Shown piece by piece: positions 18,536-26,981 of a DNA stretch of 39,141 nt. Numbering within the stretch: position 1 is the stretch's first letter; each line of letters starts with the position of its first letter. The notes beneath the pieces were generated by a model. It saw nothing but the letters and a program-made list of their open reading frames with translations. It did no database searches and was not told the origin of the DNA. Made by a program: the position numbers and the translations under genes. Source of the stretch: Paludibacter sp. (GTDB lineage: Bacteria; Bacteroidota; Bacteroidia; Bacteroidales; Paludibacteraceae); NCBI GenBank assembly GCA_036787795.1, contig DAIQOQ010000001.1, positions 1,827 through 40,967 of the forward strand. Direction: 5' to 3'.

Positions 18536-19384
18536 ATGAAACAGAATCTGAAATTACCGGATGTTCCCGGTCCGATTGGCGTTTTTGATTCGGGTTATGG
18601 CGGGTTGACTATTCTGGAAAAAATCCGGACGGAGTTGCCTGAATACGACTATATATACCTGGGCGATAATGCCCGGACTCCTTATGGTACGCGCTCATTC
18701 GACGTGGTGTATAAGTACACGTTGGAGTGTGTGACACAATTGTTCGAAATGGGCTGTCAGCTGGTGGTGCTGGCTTGTAACACTGCTTCAGCAAAGGCAT
18801 TGCGCTCCATACAGCAGCGCGACCTGCCACTGCTCGATCCTCGTCGGCGCGTGTTGGGGGTGATCCGACCTACCGTAGAAGCAGTTGGGGCTATGACCAT
18901 TAGTAAGCATATCGGGTTGCTGGCTACGGTGGGCACGGTGCAGTCGAACTCTTATCCGCTGGAAATACAAAAGTTGCACGAAGGCATAGTGGTTACTTCC
19001 GAAGCTTGCCCCATGTGGGTGCCGCTTATCGAAAATAATGAATACCAAACTGAGGGTGCCGACTATTTTGTACGCAAAAATGTAGAGCATCTGTTGGCTG
19101 CCGATCCGTTGATTGATGTCATCATGTTGGGTTGCACGCATTACCCCCTGTTGGAGGCAAAAATAGAGGATTTGTTACCCGCCGGGGTGCGTGTGCTGTC
19201 GCAAGGCGATATTGTGTCTGCAAGTCTGGTGGATTATCTGCAACGGCATCCGGAAATGGATGATCTTTGCACTAAGAATGCTTCTATCCGCTATTTTTCG
19301 ACCGAATCGGTTGAAAAGTTTTCCTCTTCGGCTTCTATATTTTTGAAAGAAGAAGTAAAAGCGGAACATCTTGATATAAATTAA
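18536..19384 (+). CDS. murI: Glutamate racemase
   Basis: IGVFDSGYGGL, GDNARTPYG, LACNTAS, LGCTHYP. Confidence 0.97.
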   Translation: MKQNLKLPDVPGPIGVFDSGYGGLTILEKIRTELPEYDYIYLGDNARTPYGTRSFDVVYKYTLECVTQLFEMGCQLVVLACNTASAKALRSIQQRDLPLLDPRRRVLGVIRPTVEAVGAMTISKHIGLLATVGTVQSNSYPLEIQKLHEGIVVTSEACPMWVPLIENNEYQTEGADYFVRKNVEHLLAADPLIDVIMLGCTHYPLLEAKIEDLLPAGVRVLSQGDIVSASLVDYLQRHPEMDDLCTKNASIRYFSTESVEKFSSSASIFLKEEVKAEHLDIN

Positions 19385-19433
19385 TGATCAACGATTAGTG
19401 ATTAACGATTAATGATTAACGATCAGTGATTAA
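19383..19433. repeat. Heptamer tract (AAYGATT/AGTGATT), left arm of an inverted pair
   Basis: Seven 7-nt units; inverted counterpart at 19798-19835. Confidence 0.8.
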
Positions 19434-19482
19434 AGCACAAAACTCTGTTGTTCGTATCAAACAACAGAGTTTTGTGCTTTAA
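19430..19482. terminator. Perfect 23-bp inverted repeat with 7-nt loop downstream of murI
   Basis: TTAAAGCACAAAACTCTGTTGTT cgtatca AACAACAGAGTTTTGTGCTTTAA. Confidence 0.7.
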
Positions 19483-19516
19483 ATGGTTGAAATGTTCGTC
19501 AATTCGATGCTGAGAA

Positions 19517-19783
19517 GTATTTGAGAAAATTTCCGAAGGGTTTTCTCACTAAGAAAAATGTTACAGAAATTTTCCGCAGGATTTTCCAACCACGGAAAAT
19601 GTTAGAAAAATTTTCTGCAGCGTTTTCCAACGAAGAAAAATGTTAGAAAAATTTTCTGCAGGGTTTTCCGACAGGGAAAAATGTTAGAAAAATTTTCCGC
19701 AGGGTTTTCCAACGAAGGAAAGTGTTATAGAAATTTTCTGCAGGGTTTTCCTTTAAAGAAAAATGCTTCAGAAAATTTCTGTA
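19517..19783. repeat. Tandem array of about 6.5 units of 41 bp
   Basis: Units start at 19517, 19558, 19599, 19640, 19681, 19722, 19763; consensus ATGTTAGAAAAATTTTCTGCAGGGTTTTC-N7-GAAAA. Confidence 0.93.
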
Positions 19784-19797
19784 AAACAAATATGGTC

Positions 19798-19835
19798 TAA
19801 TGATTAATCGTTAATCACTGATCATTGACCATTAA
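19798..19835. repeat. Heptamer tract, right (inverted) arm
   Basis: Reverse complement TCAGTGATTAACGATTAATCATTA matches left-arm TTAGTGATTAACGATTAATGATTA at 22/24. Confidence 0.8.
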
Positions 19836-19843
19836 TAAATGCT

Positions 19844-20566
19844 TTACACCAGCATTCTTTTCTCCAAAAATTCCTGAAAAGCTTCTTTGTACGAATCGGA
19901 TATGGGAACATGAGCTTTTCCGAAGATGATTCGGTTGCGATCAATCACTTTAATCTTATCGGTTTGCACAATGAATGACCGGTGAACGCGCATAAACAGT
20001 CTGCTGGGCAACATTTCTTCCATGGCTCGCATGGTGATGTGCGACACAATCGGTTTGTCGTCTCCCTCTACATAAATCTTCAGATAATCTTTCAATCCCT
20101 CAATATACAGCACTTTTTGTAGTTCTATCTGGATAAGTCGGTAATCGGCTTTTACAAAAATACAATCCTTAGATGCGTCCGTTATTTCGGTAGAAGATTT
20201 GGTGTACAACTGATGCCATTGCATGGCTTTGTTGGCCGATGCTAAAAAGTCGGCATAACTAAATGGTTTTAGCAGATAGTCGAGTGCATTGACTTTGTAA
20301 CCTTCGATGGCATATTGCTGAAAAGCGGTGGTGAAAATAACTTTCGACTTTTCGGGCACTAATTTTGCAAACTGCATTCCGCTGAGTTCGGCCATCTGAA
20401 TGTCCAGAAATATTACATCCGGTGGTGTTTGGTTTACTGCCGAACTGGCGGCTATGGCTGATGAGAATTTACCGGTAACTTTTAGAAACGGTGTTTTGTC
20501 AACGTAACTTTCAAGTAATCCGAGTGCCAGGGGTTCGTCGTCGATAATAAAACAGCTAAGTGTCAT
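19844..20566 (-). CDS. LytTR family response regulator
   Basis: IIDDEPLA, FLDIQM, FTTAF, DYLLKP receiver domain; YIEGLKDY and FMRVHRSFIV LytTR domain. Confidence 0.95.
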   Translation of the reverse strand: MTLSCFIIDDEPLALGLLESYVDKTPFLKVTGKFSSAIAASSAVNQTPPDVIFLDIQMAELSGMQFAKLVPEKSKVIFTTAFQQYAIEGYKVNALDYLLKPFSYADFLASANKAMQWHQLYTKSSTEITDASKDCIFVKADYRLIQIELQKVLYIEGLKDYLKIYVEGDDKPIVSHITMRAMEEMLPSRLFMRVHRSFIVQTDKIKVIDRNRIIFGKAHVPISDSYKEAFQEFLEKRMLV

Positions 20567-21648
20567 GATTGTTCTTGATTATTTAGTGGAATAATTAATT
20601 CAGAAATAAATGTGTCGCCGTCCTTTTCGGTGCGGATTATATGTTTGTGCGGATACAGAATTTCGAGTCGTCTTCGCAGATTTTCCAACCCAATGCCCGA
20701 TCCGCTTTTGTCTATTTCTGTTTTCGGAAAATAACTGTTGCGTATCATACATGTCAGCTGTTTGCTGTTCAGCTCATGGATGTCGATGTGAATAAATGAA
20801 GGCGAACTTGGGCTGACTCCGTGTTTGAATGCATTTTCTATCAAAGCAATGAAAAGTAGTGGTGCTATCATTTTATCTGTCTGGTCTATATTAATTTCCA
20901 CTTTCAAATCCACATCGGCATTCAGCCGGATGCGCATCAGCTCTACATAATTATGGATAAAGCTCAGTTCGTGCTCTACCGACACAAAGTTGTCGTTGTT
21001 TTCGTACAACACATAGCGGAGCAATTTGCTTAGTTCCAACATCGAATTCTGCGCTTTTTCTGGACTTATAGCAATCAGTGCATAAATATTATTGAGTGTA
21101 TTAAACAAAAAATGCGGGTTTAGTTGCTGGCGTAGATTAGTCAACTCGGCCTCGGTGTGCTTTTTTTCTTCCTCTTGTCGTTCCACCTCTGTTTTGTACC
21201 ATTTCGCAGTCATTTTTACAGCCACACTTAGTCCTATGATCATCGATAGAGTTAATATGTCTCTCACCACAAAAGAAATTCCAAATGGTAGTATCTGTTG
21301 GGGAGGAAACTTGCCTCCGTGTGGCATGGGGTGGCGAAGTATCATAGTAGATTCCTGCCAAAAATGAATTACCAGAGCTACTGATAAAACCAAAGTAACA
21401 TTATATAAGACGAACTTTCCAATTTGCCGGTTAAACAGAATTTTCTCTATCAACAGAAAATAATTGGAATAAAACACAACTAACAGTGACAAAACCCACA
21501 CGGCATGGTGAGACATCTTATCCATTATGTCAAAATCAGGATCTTTATCGAAAATAATAAATGGTAAGACGAAAACCAATCCCCATGCAATAAAGTGGAT
21601 GAGAAATTGAATGAAATTCCGGCTTCTTATCTTTGTTGTTTTATTCAT
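20563..21648 (-). CDS. LytS/YehU-type sensor histidine kinase
   Basis: Four TM helices, QLNPHFLFNTLNNI, ENAFKHG, SGIGLENLRRRL; 4-nt overlap with the regulator. Confidence 0.95.
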   Translation of the reverse strand: MNKTTKIRSRNFIQFLIHFIAWGLVFVLPFIIFDKDPDFDIMDKMSHHAVWVLSLLVVFYSNYFLLIEKILFNRQIGKFVLYNVTLVLSVALVIHFWQESTMILRHPMPHGGKFPPQQILPFGISFVVRDILTLSMIIGLSVAVKMTAKWYKTEVERQEEEKKHTEAELTNLRQQLNPHFLFNTLNNIYALIAISPEKAQNSMLELSKLLRYVLYENNDNFVSVEHELSFIHNYVELMRIRLNADVDLKVEINIDQTDKMIAPLLFIALIENAFKHGVSPSSPSFIHIDIHELNSKQLTCMIRNSYFPKTEIDKSGSGIGLENLRRRLEILYPHKHIIRTEKDGDTFISELIIPLNNQEQS

Positions 21649-21680
21649 AATGTAAAGCTATTTTGGCGCATGCTTGCTAT

Positions 21681-22901
21681 TTATTCATATCTCAATGCTT
21701 CAATTGGATCGAGCTCCGAAGCATTTTTGGCTGGATACCAACCAAAAAATACACCGGTGATTGTACACACTAAGAATGACAAAAATACAGAATAAGTTTG
21801 TATCGATATAGGCCATGAGAATAAAAGTTTTACGATGAACGATGTACCTATGCCTAGTATCACTCCTATAATGCCGCCGGTGAAACTAATGAGAACAGCT
21901 TCGATCAGAAACTGAGACAGAATGTCGCGCCCTTTGGCTCCGATAGACATGCGTAGTCCTATTTCTCGGGTACGCTCTTTGACAGATACATACATAATGT
22001 TCATGATGCCAATACCACCCACCAGTAACGATATTCCGGCTATACAAGCCAGCAAAATGGTCATCATGTCGGTGGTGGAAGTAAGCATGGTGCTGAGTTC
22101 CTGTTGCGAGCGGACATTAAAGTCATCATCGTCAGTAGCTTTTAGCTTATGATTTGTGCGTAGCATGGCTTTAATTTCTGCTGTGGCATTGGTGGTGGCA
22201 TCTTCCGATATTGCCGAAGCAAAAATACCCTGGATGTATGTGATGGCCAACAGTCGTTTTTGCACGGTGGTGTAAGGAGCCAGTACAATGTCGTCCTGAT
22301 CCATGCCCATACTGTTGTAACCCTTTGCTTTTAATGTTCCTATGATGGTAAACGGAATTTTGTTGAACCGGATTATTTTTCCAATAGGTTCTTCGCCGTT
22401 TGGAAACAGATTTTTAATAATCGTCGTGCCTACAATACATACTTTTGCTGCACCGGCAATTTGCTGTTCGTTGAAAATGGTACCTTTTTCGATTGTAAGT
22501 TTACGGATGTCCATATAGTCGGCATTCACGCCCGATATGGAGCTCGGGTAGTTGTTTGGCCCAAAAATAAACTGTCCACTGCTGCTAACCGATGGCGAAC
22601 ACTTGGCGATATAAGTTGTTTTGGATGTTATGTCGTTGAAATCTTGTAATTTCAGCGTCTGCATATTATCACTGCTTTGTCTTACTCCGCCCTTCATGTC
22701 GGCACCCGGTTGAATCATAATCATGTTCGAGCCCATTTCCGAAATCTGCGAGCGGATACTCTCTTTGGAGCCTTGGCCGATAGCCAGCATGGTGATAACC
22801 GATGCCACTCCAATGATGATTCCCAACATGGTGAGGAATGCACGCAGTTTGTTGTTGCTGAGTGCCCGGAATGATATTTTGATCAGATTTCCTATATTCA
22901 T
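21681..22901 (-). CDS. MacB/FtsX-type ABC transporter permease
   Basis: LTMLGIIIGV, GGIGIMNIMYVSVKERTREIGLR, LDPIEALRYE. Confidence 0.95.
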   Translation of the reverse strand: MNIGNLIKISFRALSNNKLRAFLTMLGIIIGVASVITMLAIGQGSKESIRSQISEMGSNMIMIQPGADMKGGVRQSSDNMQTLKLQDFNDITSKTTYIAKCSPSVSSSGQFIFGPNNYPSSISGVNADYMDIRKLTIEKGTIFNEQQIAGAAKVCIVGTTIIKNLFPNGEEPIGKIIRFNKIPFTIIGTLKAKGYNSMGMDQDDIVLAPYTTVQKRLLAITYIQGIFASAISEDATTNATAEIKAMLRTNHKLKATDDDDFNVRSQQELSTMLTSTTDMMTILLACIAGISLLVGGIGIMNIMYVSVKERTREIGLRMSIGAKGRDILSQFLIEAVLISFTGGIIGVILGIGTSFIVKLLFSWPISIQTYSVFLSFLVCTITGVFFGWYPAKNASELDPIEALRYE

Positions 22902-22936
22902 TGTTACTTTGTGTTATATGTTTCAGAGTTGATGAG

Positions 22937-23076
22937 TTAATTAGTGAACGAGTAGACAAGTAAACAGGTAAGCAAGTATACGAGTAACCTAATTAACTAA
23001 TAATCCAATTAACTAATAATCCAATTAACTGATAAACCAATTAACCAGTAAACTTGTCTACTCGTTTACTAATTAA
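22937..23076. repeat. Octamer and 16-mer tracts bracketed by a 25-bp inverted repeat
   Basis: 22937-22961 vs 23052-23076 (24/25); ACRAGTAR-type octamers; AATTAACTAATAATCC-type 16-mer x4 at 22991-23054. Confidence 0.85.
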
Positions 23077-23816
23077 TCATCTAGTTTCGGTAAACTGTCC
23101 AGCATCTTTTTTGCCGATTCAATATGCTGGTTGGTTTCATCTTTAATTACCTTTCCGTCGCGGAGCACTATGTTTCGGCTCGTAAAGGTTGCTAGTTCTG
23201 GATTGTGTGTAACGAAAATTATTGTTCTACCCTTTTTGTGCAATTCCTGAAATAATACCATGATTTCGTAAGCAGTCCGTGTGTCGAGATTACCGGTAGC
23301 TTCGTCGGCCAGAATCAACACCGGATCATTAACCAATGCCCGTGCAATGGCAACGCGTTGCATTTGCCCTCCTGACATTTGGTTCGATTTGTGGTGTAAC
23401 CGGTCTTTTAGTCCTACGGCTTCCAGCGCTTTTTCTGCCTTTTCTCTTCGCTCTTTGGTGCTGATAGTAGGATTATAAAGCAATGGTAATTCCACGTTTT
23501 CTTGTGCGGTGGTTTTTGCCAGCAGATTGTACGATTGAAATACAAAGCCAATCTTTCTGTTTCGCAAAGTAGATCGCTCATCTTTATTCATGGTACTTAC
23601 GGCAATGTTATCCAGATAATATTCACCTTCGGTAGGTGTGTCCAGACATCCGAGCAAATTCAGCAGGGTCGACTTTCCCGATCCGCTGGTTCCCATGATG
23701 GTCACAAATTCCCCCTCGTTGATGTTGAACGAAACGCCACGCAGAGCATGCACAGTTTCGTCTCCCACCTGAAAGTTTCGCTTTATATTATCTAATCGAA
23801 TAATTGATTTACTCAT
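23073..23816 (-). CDS. ABC transporter ATP-binding protein (MacB/LolD type)
   Basis: GTSGSGKS Walker [10 protein letters not shown] signature, ILADE, VTH. Confidence 0.96.
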   Translation of the reverse strand: MSKSIIRLDNIKRNFQVGDETVHALRGVSFNINEGEFVTIMGTSGSGKSTLLNLLGCLDTPTEGEYYLDNIAVSTMNKDERSTLRNRKIGFVFQSYNLLAKTTAQENVELPLLYNPTISTKERREKAEKALEAVGLKDRLHHKSNQMSGGQMQRVAIARALVNDPVLILADEATGNLDTRTAYEIMVLFQELHKKGRTIIFVTHNPELATFTSRNIVLRDGKVIKDETNQHIESAKKMLDSLPKLDD

Positions 23817-23935
23817 CTTTTTATCTTTTTTGTCTCCGGTCTCAATCCCGATTATATGTCATCAGTTTTTTTATAACTAATCCACTAATTATCTAATCAG
23901 CCAATTAATTAACTAATTAACCACTCAACCTCCAA

Positions 23936-25156
23936 TTACTTCTTCGGAGCTTTGCTGCTATCTGATCCCGGACGTTTCGGCATAAATGGGCTACTTTCGG
24001 AAGACTTAGCTTGTGAAGCATCATTCTTACTTATAGTTTTCATTTCAGTGATAATCTCATCCCTGCTGGTTACGCCCGATAGTATTTCTGTGTTTATTCC
24101 GTCGGTTTCACCGGTTTTGATGCGTTTATTTCGGATCGTTTTTCCATCTTGCTGCCAAATAACTTTTTCGTCGTTCCCCAGATTTTTACTTATCTGTACG
24201 TTTTCAGAAACTGTGAACCCATTATGACTCATAGTCTCGGTGTCGGGTTTAAAATTCAGCGCTTTGTTTGGTAATACCGAAACGCCGTTTTTCTCTAACG
24301 TGAAAATAGTGATGTTAGCTGTCAATCCCGGTTTTAGCTTCAGATCTGGATTCGGTGCATTTACTACTACCTGATAGGTTACTACATTCGACGTGGTAGT
24401 TGCTTCTAACCGCACTTGTGTCACTTGCCCGTCAAAAATATCATTGGGATATGCATCTACGGTGAAAGTTACGCGTTGCCCTTGTTTTACTGAACCTATG
24501 TCGGCTTCATCCACCTTGGCAATAACCCGCATTTTGGTCAGATCTTTGGCAATGGTAAATAAAGTAGGCGTACTGAAACTGGCAGCTACGGTTTGACCCT
24601 CTTCCACAGCTCTTGATAGTACTACACCATCGATGGGTGAATAAATAGTGGCATAACTCAAATTGGTTCTCACGGTTACCAAATCCGAAATAATTTTTTT
24701 ATAAGCAGATTCTGCCTTTTCATAGGTGTATTTTGCTGTTTCGTAATCGGTATCGCTAATCAGATTTTTTCCGTGCAAATCTTTAGACCGCTCAAAGTTT
24801 TTCTTTTGATATTCGTACTCTGTTTTGGCCGATCTTAGTTCCAACTCTTTCGATCTGAGTGCTGCTTGCAAGGTTGTTTTATCCAGCTCGGCCATAATCT
24901 GTCCTTTTTTTACAACGGAATTGTAATCAACATAAAGCTTGGAAATAATCCCGGAAACCTGTGTTCCAACCTCTACAGAGATAATTGGATTAATAGTTCC
25001 TGTGGCGGTTACCGTTGTACTTATTTTGTTGGTGGAAAGCTTCGTTGTGATCAACTGAAAGCTATCAGCTGGCGAAGCTTTTAGAAAAAAGTGTGCACAG
25101 ATGGCCAATAAGACTACGCCTATCACCGAGATAATAATGATTTTCTTCTTTTTCAT
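23936..25156 (-). CDS. Efflux periplasmic adaptor subunit (MacA-like)
   Basis: VEVGTQVSG, IYSPIDGVV, GQTVAASFSTPTLF, VDEADIG, LKPGLTA. Confidence 0.95.
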   Translation of the reverse strand: MKKKKIIIISVIGVVLLAICAHFFLKASPADSFQLITTKLSTNKISTTVTATGTINPIISVEVGTQVSGIISKLYVDYNSVVKKGQIMAELDKTTLQAALRSKELELRSAKTEYEYQKKNFERSKDLHGKNLISDTDYETAKYTYEKAESAYKKIISDLVTVRTNLSYATIYSPIDGVVLSRAVEEGQTVAASFSTPTLFTIAKDLTKMRVIAKVDEADIGSVKQGQRVTFTVDAYPNDIFDGQVTQVRLEATTTSNVVTYQVVVNAPNPDLKLKPGLTANITIFTLEKNGVSVLPNKALNFKPDTETMSHNGFTVSENVQISKNLGNDEKVIWQQDGKTIRNKRIKTGETDGINTEILSGVTSRDEIITEMKTISKNDASQAKSSESSPFMPKRPGSDSSKAPKK

Positions 25157-25178
25157 ATCTTTTTAGTTACGAATATTT

Positions 25179-26474
25179 TTATTTGATTTCAATGGGCAGT
25201 TCCTGATATAAGTTTAGCAATTGCGTATTCATAATGCTCAGGTATTTGGCCTGTATCATGTTTTGTTGCGCTGTCAGCAGGTTGTTTTTTTCGGTCAATA
25301 GTTCCAGCGTGTTTTTCATTCCCAGCTTGTACTGTTGATCAATCAGGTCGTAACTTGTTTGCAGTGCTTTCACTTTTTCTTCGGCTGCTGCATATTGGCT
25401 TTGTGCCGACAATGCATCCTGGTAGGCCGATTCTACGTCTTTCAGCAGCGTTTTTTCTGTGTCTTGCAAATTAAGTTTGCTTGTTTTTTCGCTCAAGATC
25501 GCCTTTTCTACCGTCGATTTTGTTTCTCTGTTGTTGAAAATCGGAATGCTTACTGAGACGCCAATGGCTTCGTATAGCCCGTTTTTCAACTGATCTCCGA
25601 TGCCTGAAGAACCGTGGGAAGTTCCTACACCTGCACTGAGGCTGATTGTGGGAAGATAACCTGTTTTTGCTTTTTCGGTTTCCAAACTTGCCATCTGAAT
25701 GCTTAGCTTGCTGCTTTTAATTGTTGGCATAGCGTTCAGCGCATTTGTATATATGTTTTGTAAACTTGGTAGCGGCTTCAGAACATCCATATCGGTCAAC
25801 TCAAGAATAACGATGTTTAGTTCGTCTGCCACTCCCAATTCTAACAATTGTTTCAGTTGTAATTTATCTGTGCTTAGTGTGTTTTCAGATACTACCAGCT
25901 GGTACTTGTCAGTGCTGTATTGCGACTGTAGTTGGGCGAAATCGGCTTTCGAAAGACTTCCGGCTTTCAGTAATCCCTCGCCGCGGGTTTGTTGGTATTC
26001 CGAAACCTTCACCGTTGCCTGATTGATTTTTACCGATTCGTCGGCATAAAGAATCTGCAGGTAGGTTTGCAATATCGACATCTGAATGTTTTTCTGAGAA
26101 TTCAGCAGGTCATATTGGCTGGCTTGTTCGGCTAGTTTTTGCTGCTCTATATTTTTCTTTATCTTTCCACCATCAAACAGGGTCATGGAACTATTAATAC
26201 TGTATGTTCCGCCATAGGTGTTTGCCGGAACAAACGGATTATTTGTGTAACTTTGGCTAACAGTTGCCGATAGATTCGGAAATAACGCTGCCTTGGCTTG
26301 CTTTGTGCTGACGGAGTTGGTTTCAAATGTGATTTTACTCTTCTGAACCTGAATGTTGTTTTGCAACGCGTAGTTGATACAGTTGGTTAAATCCCATTGC
26401 TTTGGTTTTTCCTGAGCTGCAAGATTCATTGTGAGCAGCGCAAGTAGACTGATTATAATAATTCGAATTTTCAT
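25179..26474 (-). CDS. TolC family outer-membrane efflux protein
   Basis: Signal peptide, W.L..CI.YAL.NN, two P.(L/I)S repeats, SIPIFN, YKLG. Confidence 0.93.
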   Translation of the reverse strand: MKIRIIIISLLALLTMNLAAQEKPKQWDLTNCINYALQNNIQVQKSKITFETNSVSTKQAKAALFPNLSATVSQSYTNNPFVPANTYGGTYSINSSMTLFDGGKIKKNIEQQKLAEQASQYDLLNSQKNIQMSILQTYLQILYADESVKINQATVKVSEYQQTRGEGLLKAGSLSKADFAQLQSQYSTDKYQLVVSENTLSTDKLQLKQLLELGVADELNIVILELTDMDVLKPLPSLQNIYTNALNAMPTIKSSKLSIQMASLETEKAKTGYLPTISLSAGVGTSHGSSGIGDQLKNGLYEAIGVSVSIPIFNNRETKSTVEKAILSEKTSKLNLQDTEKTLLKDVESAYQDALSAQSQYAAAEEKVKALQTSYDLIDQQYKLGMKNTLELLTEKNNLLTAQQNMIQAKYLSIMNTQLLNLYQELPIEIK

Positions 26475-26501
26475 CTGTTTCTAATGGATTAATTTCGAAG
26501 G

Positions 26502-26567
26502 CAAAAGTAGAACAGATAATTATGGAATGCAATTAATTTAGACGAATGGGTGGTTTTTGTCGATGGA
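26502..26567 (-). promoter_or_regulatory. -7 element (TACTTTTG, 26502-26509) plus candidate LytTR direct repeat
   Basis: GACGAA at 26541 and GATGGA at 26562 (plus-strand reading), 21-bp spacing, upstream of the promoter. Confidence 0.45.
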
Positions 26568-26604
26568 AAGCTTTTTTGCCAGGTATAGAACGTAAATTAA
26601 ATAT

Positions 26605-26641
26605 AAAAAAGGCCGTTTTGCAAATCTGCAAAACGACCTTT
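26605..26641 (-). terminator. Intrinsic terminator after the small wHTH gene
   Basis: GGCCGTTTTGCA / TGCAAAACGACC stem plus U6 on the minus strand. Confidence 0.8.
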
Positions 26642-26660
26642 CTTTTCGTTGGATTAAGAA

Positions 26661-26837
26661 TTATTTCGGTTGCCAAAAGCAATTTTTAGGAGATACTATA
26701 GCTTCTTCGGCCTTCAGTAGCTTCATTGCTTTGTCCACTTCTTTACGTTCAAGACCGGTTAGTTCTACTATTTTACCTGCGTTTAAAGGTACACCGGCTT
26801 TTTTCATTGCATCTAATACTTGTTCTTTTGCTTCCAT
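26661..26837 (-). CDS. 58-aa small winged-helix DNA-binding protein (absent from the ORF track)
   Basis: Manual translation [58 protein letters not shown]; three helices plus wing; own terminator. Confidence 0.9.
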   Translation of the reverse strand: MEAKEQVLDAMKKAGVPLNAGKIVELTGLERKEVDKAMKLLKAEEAIVSPKNCFWQPK

Positions 26838-26850
26838 AAAAATTTTAATT

Positions 26851-26981
26851 ACCCCTAACCCCTGAAGGGGAATTAGGTTAGTTTTGTTTATAAATATCTG
26901 TTTAAAATATAGTATCGTCTTGAAATTAGTTTACACTTATTGAATATGAAGTAATTTAATTCCCCTTTAGGGGTTAGGGGT
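26851..26981. repeat. Inverted pair of 25-bp REP-like elements (ACCCCTAACCCCTRAAGGGGAATTA)
   Basis: 26851-26875 and 26957-26981 are reverse complements at 24/25. Confidence 0.88.

Noticed and set aside
19517..19783. CRISPR or TIGR array interpretation of the 41-bp repeats
   Set aside because: The variable part is only about 7 nt and one value repeats; there is no dual-spacer layout, and no cas or Nop-domain gene in the window.
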